A stretch of 64,000 nt of DNA, from positions 12,865-76,864 of the forward strand of contig JANLRD010000276.1 in NCBI GenBank assembly GCA_031368215.1, read 5' to 3'. The translations under genes were made by a program, and so were the position numbers. Position 1 is the stretch's first letter. Every line of letters starts with the position of its first letter. Below are positions 20,353 to 29,258 of the stretch, piece after piece. Source of the DNA: Acidimicrobiia bacterium. Its GTDB lineage: Bacteria; Actinomycetota; Acidimicrobiia; Acidimicrobiales; JANYDT01. Under the pieces are notes generated by a model, which had not been told where the DNA came from, ran no database searches, and saw only the letters and a list, made by a program, of their open reading frames with translations.

Positions 20353-20460
20353 TTTCCTTGTCTAGTGCTGTTTGTGTCGGAAAGGCTGTGTTGCGAGCAG
20401 TCGGAGCGAAGCGCAGAAGCGCAGCGCCAAGAAGCAGAGCCTTCCTTGTCTGTTGCTGTT
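20353..20460. repeat. roughly 68-nt repeat core flanked by 20-bp direct repeats in the yceD-rpmF spacer
   Basis: 20353..20372 and 20441..20460 are 17/20 identical. The core 20373..20440 shares GGCGCTGCGC, TCGCTCCG and ACTGCTCGCAAC blocks (minus sense) with 6352..6388. Confidence 0.65.
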
Positions 20461-20984
20461 CACTCAGCCGACGACGCGTCGGTGAGTGTGGTGTTCAACC
20501 CGTCGAGGGCTGACCACCGCTGATCCGCAGCGGGCGGCGTGCAGTCACACGACGTTTCGTTGCGGTCCACCCCACAGGTGGGGCAGAGCCCGAGGCACTC
20601 ATCTCCACAGAGCGGTGCCAAAGGCAGGTCGAGCAGAATAGCCTCCCGAGCGACGAGTTCGAGATCGACGCTTTCGTGGCGGAGCGGATAGGTCTCCCCT
20701 TCGACCGGATGCGCGCTGTACATCTCCCGGAAGGACGAGCTGGTCAGGCCGGTGATCGGCGTGAGGCACCGCCGGCAATTGGCCTCCCACTCCACGTGGG
20801 TCTCGCCCGTGGCGAGCACACCGTCGGAGACCGCCTCGAGAACGGCATCGATCTTGAGGGTTGCGCCGTCGGGAACCGTGGTCTCCGTGACCAGCATGGC
20901 GGCCGTGGGACCGCTCAGGTGTTCGGTCCGCCGGGAGGCAGGGCGATGCACCAGATCGGCGACGTTGACGACAAACGGCGGCAT
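20460..20984 (-). CDS. yceD: DUF177 / YceD-family protein
   Basis: 174 aa with a C-terminal Cys cluster CGDECLGLCPTCG. It sits immediately upstream of rpmF. Confidence 0.85.
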   Translation of the reverse strand: MPPFVVNVADLVHRPASRRTEHLSGPTAAMLVTETTVPDGATLKIDAVLEAVSDGVLATGETHVEWEANCRRCLTPITGLTSSSFREMYSAHPVEGETYPLRHESVDLELVAREAILLDLPLAPLCGDECLGLCPTCGVDRNETSCDCTPPAADQRWSALDGLNTTLTDASSAE

Positions 20985-21033
20985 AGAGGGGACGACATCC
21001 TACTGCGCCGCGGATTCAGCCGAGGCAAGGCTC

Positions 21034-21897
21034 TCAGGTGTACAGCGGCGACGAAGCCTTCACGAAACGGCTGAGGACACGGGCCGTTGCCACGAGAGTG
21101 CCCGCATCGTGCGCGGCGGCGTCGTACCAGAGGATCTCGGTCTTGGGACTGTCGCCGACCGCAGCCACGGTGACCGTGATCTCGTACGGGCAATCGACGA
21201 AGAGCGGGCCGTTGTGGTGACGGACTTCCATTGCCCCCCACATGCCCACCGCCGCACCCAGTCTCGGTAGCAGCGCGGCGCTGGCGACGTTGGCAAACAG
21301 GTCGATGAGCGCGCTCGGAGGCGCGACTGCCCCACCGAAGGGAGACGGCCCCCGATACCACTCGAGCACTTCGGTGATGCGACGTTCGCAGCCGCGGGCG
21401 AGACGCGCGCCGTCCACCGACGCGCTGACGGGGCCGAGCACCTCCCCCAGCGCGACGTCGCGCAGAATACGCGCCGCACTCGGGTCATGGCGCAGATCAC
21501 GCGCGTCCAGCGCCGTCGGTTCCGTCGGCGAGCCGACCGCCGCGGTTCCTTCGCCGACAAGCGTGCCGTCGCTCATCTCGACCACGGCGCGGACCAGCGC
21601 ATCCCGCAGCGGGATCGTCGCATTGTCGGGCACCTCGAGGAGCGTGTGCGTCGGCTCGCCATCGGTCGTGGCGTGGCGGAAGTACATCGACAGTGAACCC
21701 GAGCGAAACCACTCGTCACCGAATGCGTCGAGGAGCACGGGGACGAACGTGTCAAGGTGCGAGGACCCGGCGATCGTTCCGCCACGGAAGCCAAGGCCCT
21801 GAGCGGTGGCGTCGTCGTGGATGCCGCCCGGATCGTTGTAGTCGGCGTTCGTCGGCCGAACCGTACGTCCACGGATGATCCTGGTCATGTCAGCCAC
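21034..21897 (-). CDS. hypothetical protein, possibly hot-dog-fold
   Basis: 287-aa GC3-rich ORF. It overlaps the upstream acyl-CoA dehydrogenase stop by 8 nt, consistent with translational coupling. The fold assignment is a guess. Confidence 0.55.
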   Translation of the reverse strand: MADMTRIIRGRTVRPTNADYNDPGGIHDDATAQGLGFRGGTIAGSSHLDTFVPVLLDAFGDEWFRSGSLSMYFRHATTDGEPTHTLLEVPDNATIPLRDALVRAVVEMSDGTLVGEGTAAVGSPTEPTALDARDLRHDPSAARILRDVALGEVLGPVSASVDGARLARGCERRITEVLEWYRGPSPFGGAVAPPSALIDLFANVASAALLPRLGAAVGMWGAMEVRHHNGPLFVDCPYEITVTVAAVGDSPKTEILWYDAAAHDAGTLVATARVLSRFVKASSPLYT

Positions 21898-23116
21898 TCT
21901 TCCTCACGTCGCGGAACGCCACATCGGTGTCGACCGAGATGTCCTTCGGGAGTCCGAGGACCTTCTCGGCGATGATGTTGCGCTGGATCTCGTCGCTGCC
22001 CCCGGCAATCGAAGCACTCGGCACGGAGAGCGAGAACTGCACGAATCGCCCTCCGGCCGTCGACTCGCCTTCGCGCAGCATCGCTTCCGGGCCGAGTAGT
22101 TCGAGCCCGAGCTGGCTCGATCGTCGAAGCCCGTTCGTCCACTGGAGCTTGGCCAGCGCGCCCGTCGGCGCGGCGAGGCGGGCCCGTAGCGCCGACCAGC
22201 CGGCAATTCGCTCGTGTCCGTAGGCGGCGGCGAGATCCTGGCGGATCGCATGATCGCCGTCGCGCCCGGAGCGGCGCGCGAGTCCGAGCAGGGAGTCGAA
22301 CTGCCCGGGAGCCGCTTCGTCCTCGCCTTCGCCTCGGGCGTCGGCCTCGGCCACGATCTCGCTGACGGGACGATCCAGCTGTCCGGTCGCCTCACCCGGA
22401 TGCGCCCGATACAGACCCGGCACCTTCGAAGACGCCAAACCGGTGCGTTCATACCCCAGCGTCGCGACGGTCACCGCCCAGCCGCCGTTTACATCGCCGA
22501 TTCGGTCCTCATCGCTGACCCGCACTTCCGTCAGGAACACCTCGCTGAAATGTGACCGGCCGTTCATCTGCTTGAGAGGACGGATCTCCACTCCGGGTTG
22601 GTGGAGGTCGACGATGAAGTACGTGAGACCCCGGTGCTTCGGGGCGTCCCAGTTCGACCGCGTCACGAGCATGCCGCGCCGGGAGTGATCGGCTCCGCTC
22701 GTCCACACCTTCTGGCCATGAACGATCCACTCACCGCCATCACGGTCAGCGCGCGTACGAAGTCCGGCGAGATCGGAACCGGCGCCCGGCTCGGAGAAGA
22801 GCTGACACCAGCCCTCCGTTCCGTCCGCGAGCGGGCGCAACAACCGACGCTGTTGGTCGTCGGTGCCGAACTCGCGCACGACCGGCCCTCCCATCAACGA
22901 GCCGAGCCCGGGCGGCGGACCGACGACGCCTGCCGCACCCATGACGCGGGCGACCGCGATCGCGTCGCCGACCGTGCCCTCTCGTCCACCCATGCCGACC
23001 GGCCAATCGGGGAACGCCAGCCCGGCATCGGCGCAGGCCGCCCACCATCCGCGCAGCGTCTGGCTGTCGAACCAGTGCTCGGCGATCAGGGCCTCGGTGT
23101 CGGCGATCAGGCTCAT
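21890..23116 (-). CDS. acyl-CoA dehydrogenase family protein
   Basis: Start at ATG 23116 (MSLIADTEAL...). Motifs are typical of ACADs: CQLFSEPGAGSDLAGL, GQKVWTSGA, GGWAVTVATLGYER. Confidence 0.88.
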   Translation of the reverse strand: MSLIADTEALIAEHWFDSQTLRGWWAACADAGLAFPDWPVGMGGREGTVGDAIAVARVMGAAGVVGPPPGLGSLMGGPVVREFGTDDQQRRLLRPLADGTEGWCQLFSEPGAGSDLAGLRTRADRDGGEWIVHGQKVWTSGADHSRRGMLVTRSNWDAPKHRGLTYFIVDLHQPGVEIRPLKQMNGRSHFSEVFLTEVRVSDEDRIGDVNGGWAVTVATLGYERTGLASSKVPGLYRAHPGEATGQLDRPVSEIVAEADARGEGEDEAAPGQFDSLLGLARRSGRDGDHAIRQDLAAAYGHERIAGWSALRARLAAPTGALAKLQWTNGLRRSSQLGLELLGPEAMLREGESTAGGRFVQFSLSVPSASIAGGSDEIQRNIIAEKVLGLPKDISVDTDVAFRDVRKSG

Positions 23117-23241
23117 GATCGGACCGTAGCCCCGGACCGGCGTGCGGACCAGCCCAGGCCGCACCTGCCGGCGCGCACGGGGCAGCGGCCGGCGCGGAAA
23201 TCCCGCTTCGTCCCGGGTCCGGATCAGTAGGGTGACCGCCC

Positions 23242-24456
23242 GTGTCCGGCACCGGTTTTCGCTCGTTCAGCCCGGCCCTGCAGCGATTCATGTTCGCCAC
23301 CGTCATCAACATGACCGGTTCCGGGATGATCTTCGCCTTCCTGTTCATCTACCTCGACGAGGTCCGCGGCTTTTCGGGGACGGCAAGCGGTCTCATCGCC
23401 GCCGCGACTCCGTTGGCAACCGTGGTGATGACGCCCTACGCCGGCTATCTCAGCGACCGCTTCGGCCCCCGGCGCATCCTCGCCATCGGGTGCGTGGTGT
23501 CCATCCTGGCCAGCAGCACGTTCGCCTTCGTCGACTCGGTCCTTCTCGCATTGGCGGCGTCCGCCGCAATGGGTATCGCGAACGGGCTCTGGTTTCCCTC
23601 GCAAGCCGCGCTGCTGTCGGTGATCGTGCCGAGCGAGATGCGCTCGACCGTCATGGCGTTCCAGCGAACGGCCCTGAACCTCGGCGCCGGGTTCGGCGGC
23701 GTGCTCGGCGGCCTGATCGCCGACAAGAACCGGCTCGGCTCGTTCCAGCTGATGTTCTTCCTCAACATGGCCACCTACATCGTGTTCCTTGCCTGCCTCC
23801 CGGCGCTTCCGTCTGGCCGGTTCAAGCGGGAGGAGGGCGACGCACCCTCGGGTGGCTTCGCCGAGGTGTTACGCGACCGCTTCTTCCTGTTGCTGATCGT
23901 CTCCGATCTCGGTATCTCCTTCTCGTTCGGTTTTGCGTGGGGCATCATGCCGGCCTACGCGTCGCGCATCGGCGTCAACGAGTCCACCGTGGGGCTCGTG
24001 TTCCTCGTCGGGGCGATCTCGGCGGTGATCTTCCAGATCCCGATGTTGCGGTGGGTCCGTGGACGCGATCGTATGAACTGCCTCGCGTTCATGAACTTCA
24101 TGTTCCTGCTGGCGTTCGTGATGACGGCATTCACGATCGACACATCGATCGGCGTCGCTATCGCCATCATGGCCCTCGCGCAGGGCGTTGGCGGCTTCGG
24201 TGAAACGGTGCTCGCCGCGGTCCGTCAACCCTTGACCGCCGAACTGGCGCCCCGCGAACTCGTCGGGCGGTACTTCGGTCTCGCCGCCATGGTGTTCCAG
24301 GGATCGATGGGCGCCGCGACGGCGATGGGCGGCGTCCTCATGGACGAATCCCTCCGCAGTGTCTGGGTCGTCGCCGGCGCGTTCGCCACCTTCGGTGTGC
24401 TCGCCAGCCTCGCCTTACGTCGATGCATTCCATCCGGCATCCGGGTGGCGATCTAG
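23242..24456 (+). CDS. MFS transporter
   Basis: 404-aa ORF with about 12 predicted hydrophobic segments. The loop 2-3 motif region is GYLSDRFGPRR. Confidence 0.85.
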   Translation: MSGTGFRSFSPALQRFMFATVINMTGSGMIFAFLFIYLDEVRGFSGTASGLIAAATPLATVVMTPYAGYLSDRFGPRRILAIGCVVSILASSTFAFVDSVLLALAASAAMGIANGLWFPSQAALLSVIVPSEMRSTVMAFQRTALNLGAGFGGVLGGLIADKNRLGSFQLMFFLNMATYIVFLACLPALPSGRFKREEGDAPSGGFAEVLRDRFFLLLIVSDLGISFSFGFAWGIMPAYASRIGVNESTVGLVFLVGAISAVIFQIPMLRWVRGRDRMNCLAFMNFMFLLAFVMTAFTIDTSIGVAIAIMALAQGVGGFGETVLAAVRQPLTAELAPRELVGRYFGLAAMVFQGSMGAATAMGGVLMDESLRSVWVVAGAFATFGVLASLALRRCIPSGIRVAI

Positions 24457-24482
24457 GCCTCGGGTTGGCGCAGCTGCGGCAA

Positions 24483-24545
24483 AACACCTCCCAGCGCAGT
24501 TGGGAGGTGTTCTGCCCCCATATACGGGGGCAACCTCTCTCCCAG
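24483..24545. repeat. second copy of the REP-like double hairpin
   Basis: AACACCTCCcagcgcagttGGGAGGTGTTCTGCCCCCatatacGGGGGCAACCTCTCTCCCAG. Compare 6440..6502. It lies between convergent genes. Confidence 0.8.
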
Positions 24546-24556
24546 CCGCGCGCCGG

Positions 24557-25396
24557 TCAGCGGGAGGACTGGCGGATCAGTTCGTCGAAGAGGGATTGGT
24601 GGGCGGGGTCGGTGGCGGCGGTGCGCTCCGGGTGCCACTGGATCGCCAGCATCCACCCGCGTTCGCCGGCGTCGGCGAATTCGACCGCCTCGATGACGCC
24701 GTCGCTACTACGCGCGCTTACGACAAGCCCCTCACCCACGCGTTCGACGGCCTGGTGGTGGTAGCTCCAGCAGTTCGCGATCGACGTCGCACCACCCTGC
24801 GTCTTCGCCAGCAGCGACCCCGACTCGACGGCCACTTCGTGGAGCGCCTTGCCGGCACCGGGCTGGCCGTGGTCGATGAGGCCGGGGCGACCGGTCAAGT
24901 GCTGATCGAGGGTGCCACCCAGCGCGACATTGAGCACCTGCATCCCCCGGCAGATCGCCAGGAGGGGCAACTCGGCTCGCACGGCTGCCTTCGCGAGAGC
25001 AATCTCCAAACCATCGCTCGCCGCATCGACGCCGTAGACACGCTCATGGGGCTCGGCGCCGTAGAGCGCCGGATCGACGTCGCCGCCACCGACGAGGATG
25101 AGGCCGTCGAGGCGTGACACCAGGTCGTCGGCCTCGTGGTCGGACAGCGCCCGCGGGGCGATGATCGCCTCCATCCCCCCCGCCCGCCACACGCCGTCCA
25201 AGTAGGTGTGCTGCATGACCGACGAATGGGTGTCGGGCCAGCCGGACACCTCACCGGGTTTGCGAGGACGGGCGCTCACTCCGATGAGCGGACGAGCCCC
25301 CGCGCGTTTCGTCGACACCGCAGGGCGTGGAGCGGCAACCGCGTCTGCCGCGTCGGTGGTCCGGCCACCGGGGACGGGGGAAGTCATGGCCTCCAT
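24557..25396 (-). CDS. class I glutamine amidotransferase / peptidase C26 (gamma-glutamyl-GABA hydrolase PuuD-like)
   Basis: 279 aa. The nucleophile elbow is LLAICRGMQVLN and the His motif is IQWHPE. Confidence 0.85.
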   Translation of the reverse strand: MEAMTSPVPGGRTTDAADAVAAPRPAVSTKRAGARPLIGVSARPRKPGEVSGWPDTHSSVMQHTYLDGVWRAGGMEAIIAPRALSDHEADDLVSRLDGLILVGGGDVDPALYGAEPHERVYGVDAASDGLEIALAKAAVRAELPLLAICRGMQVLNVALGGTLDQHLTGRPGLIDHGQPGAGKALHEVAVESGSLLAKTQGGATSIANCWSYHHQAVERVGEGLVVSARSSDGVIEAVEFADAGERGWMLAIQWHPERTAATDPAHQSLFDELIRQSSR

Positions 25397-25457
25397 TGTG
25401 GCCGCTTGGACACCAAGGGGTCACGTTCTCTGCGTCACACCGTGGTCAGATGGGTGG

Positions 25458-27089
25458 ATGTCCGACACCAGCGCCACGGGCCCCCGCACCGCCGTCTCCG
25501 CGTGGTCGCCATTGCGCAATCCCGTCTACCGCAGCCTCTGGCTTGCCGGCCTGCTGTCCAACGTCGGCTCCGCGATGCACGGCGTCGCCGCGGCTTGGGT
25601 CGTGACCTCGCTTTCGCGATCGCCGTCCACCGTGTCATTGCTGGCCGCGGCGACGGCGCTCCCGTCGTTCCTTCTCGCCCTTCCCGCCGGCGCACTCGCC
25701 GACGTGCTCGATCGGCGGCGCCTGCTGATCACGGCCCAAGTCCTCATGCTCGGCGTCGCCCTCGCCCTGGGTGTGTTCGAGCTCGGCGGTTCACTGACAC
25801 TGCTCCTGCTGTTCCTGCTCACGATGGGCCTCAGCGTCGGCGGCACGCTGCAGATGCCGAACTGGGTAGCGCTCGCGCCAGAGCTCCTTCCGCGAAGCGA
25901 GCTCGCCAGTGCGGGCGCTCTCAACGCGATCTCGATGAACCTGGCCGGCGCGCTCGGACCTGCGCTCGGCGGTCTGGTCATCGCATCGACTGGAGCCGGC
26001 TGGGTGTTCATCGTGAATGCCGTCAGCTTCCTTGCGGTGATCTTTGCGGTGTTCCGATGGAAGCGCAACGTCCCCGACACGACGCTGCCGGCCGAACACG
26101 TCGCCGCGGCGGTTCGGACCGGAGTTCGCTACGTGTCGAATCAGGTAGGCCTGCTCCTCCTTCTCGTTCGGGTCTCGGCCATCGCCATACCGGCAACTGC
26201 GTTGGCTGCGCTCCTTCCCCTGGTCGCGAGGAACGAGATCGGGGTCAGCGCTGGTGAGTACGGACTGATCGGCGCGGCCATGGGCGTCACGGCGGTGGGC
26301 GCCGCCACCGTCCTCCCCCGCCTTCGCGCCGTCCTCGGCGTCGACCGGTTGGTCCTTCTCGGTGCCGGCGTCCTCGGACTCGGGCTGGTCCTCGTCGGCA
26401 CGGCGACGAACCTCGCGATGCTCATGGTCGGCGCGGCGCTGAGCGGTGCCGGGCAGATCACCGCGTTCTCCACGGTCTTCTCCGTCATCCAGAGCGTGCT
26501 CCCGGGGTGGGTGCGCGGGCGCGGATTGGCCACGGCGATGCTCGTCTTCCAGGGCACCTCGATGGCCGCTGCTCTCGGCTGGGGCGCGATCGCGTCCGGC
26601 GTCGGCTCCGGAACCGCCATCGTCAGTGCCGGAATCACTGCGGCCGCACTCGGGGTAGCAACCCTGCCGATCCGGCTCGCCTCCCGGGCCGAACTCGACC
26701 TCACCCCCATGCCACTCGGCGCGCTCCACCACGTCATCCCGATCGACCCCGACGAAGGGCCCGTGCTCGTTTCGTTGCAGTGGCGCATCGACCCGGAGCG
26801 CCGCAACGAGTTCATCGCGGCGATGCGCCCGATCCGACGCCTGCGCCGACGCGACGGTGCGATGCAGTGGGGACTCTTCGAAGACGTCGAGGAACCCGGC
26901 ACGTTCATCGAGCAGTTCACCGTCTCGACCTGGTCCGAGCACGAGCGTCAGCACGAACGCCCCACCGCCGCTGACGCCGAGATCACGACCACTGCAGTGC
27001 AGTTCCTGGTGCCGGGAGCGTCTCTGCAGGCGTCGCATCGCATCGCCGCCCATCTCAAACGTCGGAGCCGCGCGGCCAATCACTCGTAG
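25458..27089 (+). CDS. MFS transporter with a roughly 130-aa soluble C-terminal extension
   Basis: Start at ATG 25458 (MSDTSATGPR...). The MFS core is followed by PVLVSLQWRIDPERRNEFIAAMRPIRR...FIEQFTVSTWSEHERQH, which looks ABM/ferredoxin-like by eye. Confidence 0.8.
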   Translation: MSDTSATGPRTAVSAWSPLRNPVYRSLWLAGLLSNVGSAMHGVAAAWVVTSLSRSPSTVSLLAAATALPSFLLALPAGALADVLDRRRLLITAQVLMLGVALALGVFELGGSLTLLLLFLLTMGLSVGGTLQMPNWVALAPELLPRSELASAGALNAISMNLAGALGPALGGLVIASTGAGWVFIVNAVSFLAVIFAVFRWKRNVPDTTLPAEHVAAAVRTGVRYVSNQVGLLLLLVRVSAIAIPATALAALLPLVARNEIGVSAGEYGLIGAAMGVTAVGAATVLPRLRAVLGVDRLVLLGAGVLGLGLVLVGTATNLAMLMVGAALSGAGQITAFSTVFSVIQSVLPGWVRGRGLATAMLVFQGTSMAAALGWGAIASGVGSGTAIVSAGITAAALGVATLPIRLASRAELDLTPMPLGALHHVIPIDPDEGPVLVSLQWRIDPERRNEFIAAMRPIRRLRRRDGAMQWGLFEDVEEPGTFIEQFTVSTWSEHERQHERPTAADAEITTTAVQFLVPGASLQASHRIAAHLKRRSRAANHS

Positions 27090-27122
27090 CCACCAGCAAG
27101 TGGGCGTTAGTGCTAGGCGCGC

Positions 27123-28505
27123 TTACCAACGTTCGAAGTTGCGTCGCAGCTCCCAGTCGGTGACGGCCTTGTTGAACTGCGACCATTCGTGGCGCGCCGT
27201 GGTGAGCATGTGGTGGTGCACCTCCTCGCCGAACGCCGACTTGGCCACCGCGGAGCCCTCGAAAAGCTCGATGGCCTGCACGATGTTCCACGGAATCCGG
27301 GCGACGTCCTTCGACTCGTAGGCATTGCCGACGAACGGGTCGGCCAAGGACAGCTTGTGCTCGATTCCGTGCAGACCCCCGGCAATCACCGCGGCGAAGG
27401 CCAGATACGGGTTGGCGTCGGCTCCCGGAATACGGGACTCGACGCGGGTACCGGCGCCGTGGCCGACAAGGCGAAGACCGCAGGTCCGGTTGTCCCTTCC
27501 CCACGCCACCGCAGTGGGCGCCCACGAGCCGAGCTGGTAGCGCTTGTACGAGTTCACCGTCGGTGCGAACATCCACGACAGCTCGCGTGCCGTTGCCACC
27601 ATGCCAGCGAGGTAGCTGGCGAAGGTGTCGGAGAGATGGTGCGGGCCGTGCCCCGGAGCGGCCGGCTCATCGGTTTCGGCGCTCCACAGCGACGTGTGGA
27701 TGTGACACGACGACCCGACGTCGGCCATGGAGTACTTCGCCATGAACGTGATCGCCCGCCCGCTGAGCGCAGCGATCTCCTTGGCCCCGTTCTTGTAGAT
27801 CGCGAGGCGGTCGGCCATCTCGAGTGCCTCGGTGTAGCGGAGGTTGATCTCGTGCTGGGCAAAGCCGGCCTCACCTTTCGAGCACTCGATCGGGACCCCC
27901 GCCCCTTCCATGCCGTTGCGGATGGCCCGGATGATGTGCTCATCCTTGGTCGTCTGGAGGATGTGGTAGTCCTGGATCGTGTTGGAGTCCGGCGTGAGGT
28001 TGGCGTAGCCCTTCGCCGCGGCCGACTCGAAGCTCTCCTTGAATAGGAAGAACTCGAGCTCGGCTCCCATCTTCACAGTGAACCCCATCGCCGCCGCCCG
28101 GGCGAGCTGGCGCTTGAGGATCTGGCGTGGTGACACCTCGATGGGGCCGTTGTCGTCGGCCAGATCGCAGATCACCAGTGCGGTCTTCTCCAACCACGGG
28201 ATGAGCCGAAGCGTGGCGAAGTCGGGCACGCAGCGCATGTCGCCGTACCCCGCGTCCCAGTTGGCGAACCGGTAATTGGGCAGCACATTCATCTCGACAT
28301 CCGTGGCGATCAGGTAGTTGCACGCCTCGATGCCGTGGAGAACGGTGTCGTCGAGGAAGAACCGGCCGGTCATGCGCTTGCCCTTCCACGATCCGGCGAG
28401 ATCGGGGAACACGACGAGCACGGTGTCGATCTCGTTGCGTTCCACTCCCTCACGCAGTTCGTGGATGGCGAGGTGCGGGCGGGTCGAGTGGGCAGGGCTG
28501 TCCAT
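27123..28505 (-). CDS. glutamine synthetase family protein (GlnA3/PuuA-like gamma-glutamyl ligase)
   Basis: 460 aa from ATG 28505 (MDSPAHSTRP...). Motifs: ELEFFLF, KGEAGFAQHEIN, GSSCHIHTSLW. Confidence 0.88.
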   Translation of the reverse strand: MDSPAHSTRPHLAIHELREGVERNEIDTVLVVFPDLAGSWKGKRMTGRFFLDDTVLHGIEACNYLIATDVEMNVLPNYRFANWDAGYGDMRCVPDFATLRLIPWLEKTALVICDLADDNGPIEVSPRQILKRQLARAAAMGFTVKMGAELEFFLFKESFESAAAKGYANLTPDSNTIQDYHILQTTKDEHIIRAIRNGMEGAGVPIECSKGEAGFAQHEINLRYTEALEMADRLAIYKNGAKEIAALSGRAITFMAKYSMADVGSSCHIHTSLWSAETDEPAAPGHGPHHLSDTFASYLAGMVATARELSWMFAPTVNSYKRYQLGSWAPTAVAWGRDNRTCGLRLVGHGAGTRVESRIPGADANPYLAFAAVIAGGLHGIEHKLSLADPFVGNAYESKDVARIPWNIVQAIELFEGSAVAKSAFGEEVHHHMLTTARHEWSQFNKAVTDWELRRNFERW

Positions 28506-28571
28506 GACGGAAGTTCTAGTCCCGCCGGGGAACGTCGCGCCGAACCGGTCCAGCTCGGCTAAACACGAGGG

Positions 28572-29183
28572 GTGGAATTGGACTTCTGGATCGACCCTGT
28601 CTGACCGTGGTGTTGGCTGACGGCCAGGTGGGTCGTCGACGTCGCACCGCATCGCAAGCTCATCATCCGCTGGCGGCCGATCAGCCTGTACTTCAAGAAC
28701 AACGTGCAGCCGGACTCGCCCTGGCACGAGCGCAGCTTCCACAATCACCAGCTCCTGCGGGTGCTCGAGTCCGTCAGAGCCGAACACGGCGAGGGTGCCG
28801 TGGCCAAGCTCTACTTCTCGTTCGGCGAGAGGATCCACGACAAGGGCGAGGGCTTGATCGATCCGGCGCCGTCGCTCGAGGCCTGCGATCTCCCGGCCCA
28901 CCACGCCGCGGCGATGACCGACGATTCGTTCGACACCACGATCCGGTCATCGATGGACGAAGGGCTCGCTCTCACCGGCGACAATGTCGGCACACCGATC
29001 CTCGGTTTCGAGAACGACATCGGCAAGAAGGTCGGCTTCTTCGGGCCCGTCATCAGCCGACGGCTCAAGCACTACGACGCGCTCCAGATGTGGGACGGGA
29101 TCATCGCCATGGCGGGGATCGACGCCTTTTGGGAACTCAAGCGCACGAGGACCGAAGCACCGAACTTCACTCCGGTCGAGTAG
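28572..29183 (+). CDS. DsbA-like mycothiol-dependent reductase (Rv2466c/Mrx-2 family) interrupted by, or recoding, an in-frame TGA at 28602..28604
   Basis: The frame reads VELDFWIDPV-TGA-PWCWLTARWVVDV...FWELKRTRTEAPNFTPVE. The TGA aligns with the first Cys of the family's CPWC active site. The ORF track shows only the downstream part, 28704..29183. Confidence 0.7.
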
Positions 29184-29202
29184 CACCTGGGGTCAGTCAG
29201 CA

Positions 29203-29246
29203 AGATGGTGCGTCCGGGCAATTCGAAGCGACCGGACGCACCATCT
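29203..29246. terminator. 15-bp perfect-stem hairpin between convergent genes (bidirectional terminator candidate)
   Basis: AGATGGTGCGTCCGG - 14 nt - CCGGACGCACCATCT. Confidence 0.65.
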
Positions 29247-29258
29247 CTGCGTTCGCAG

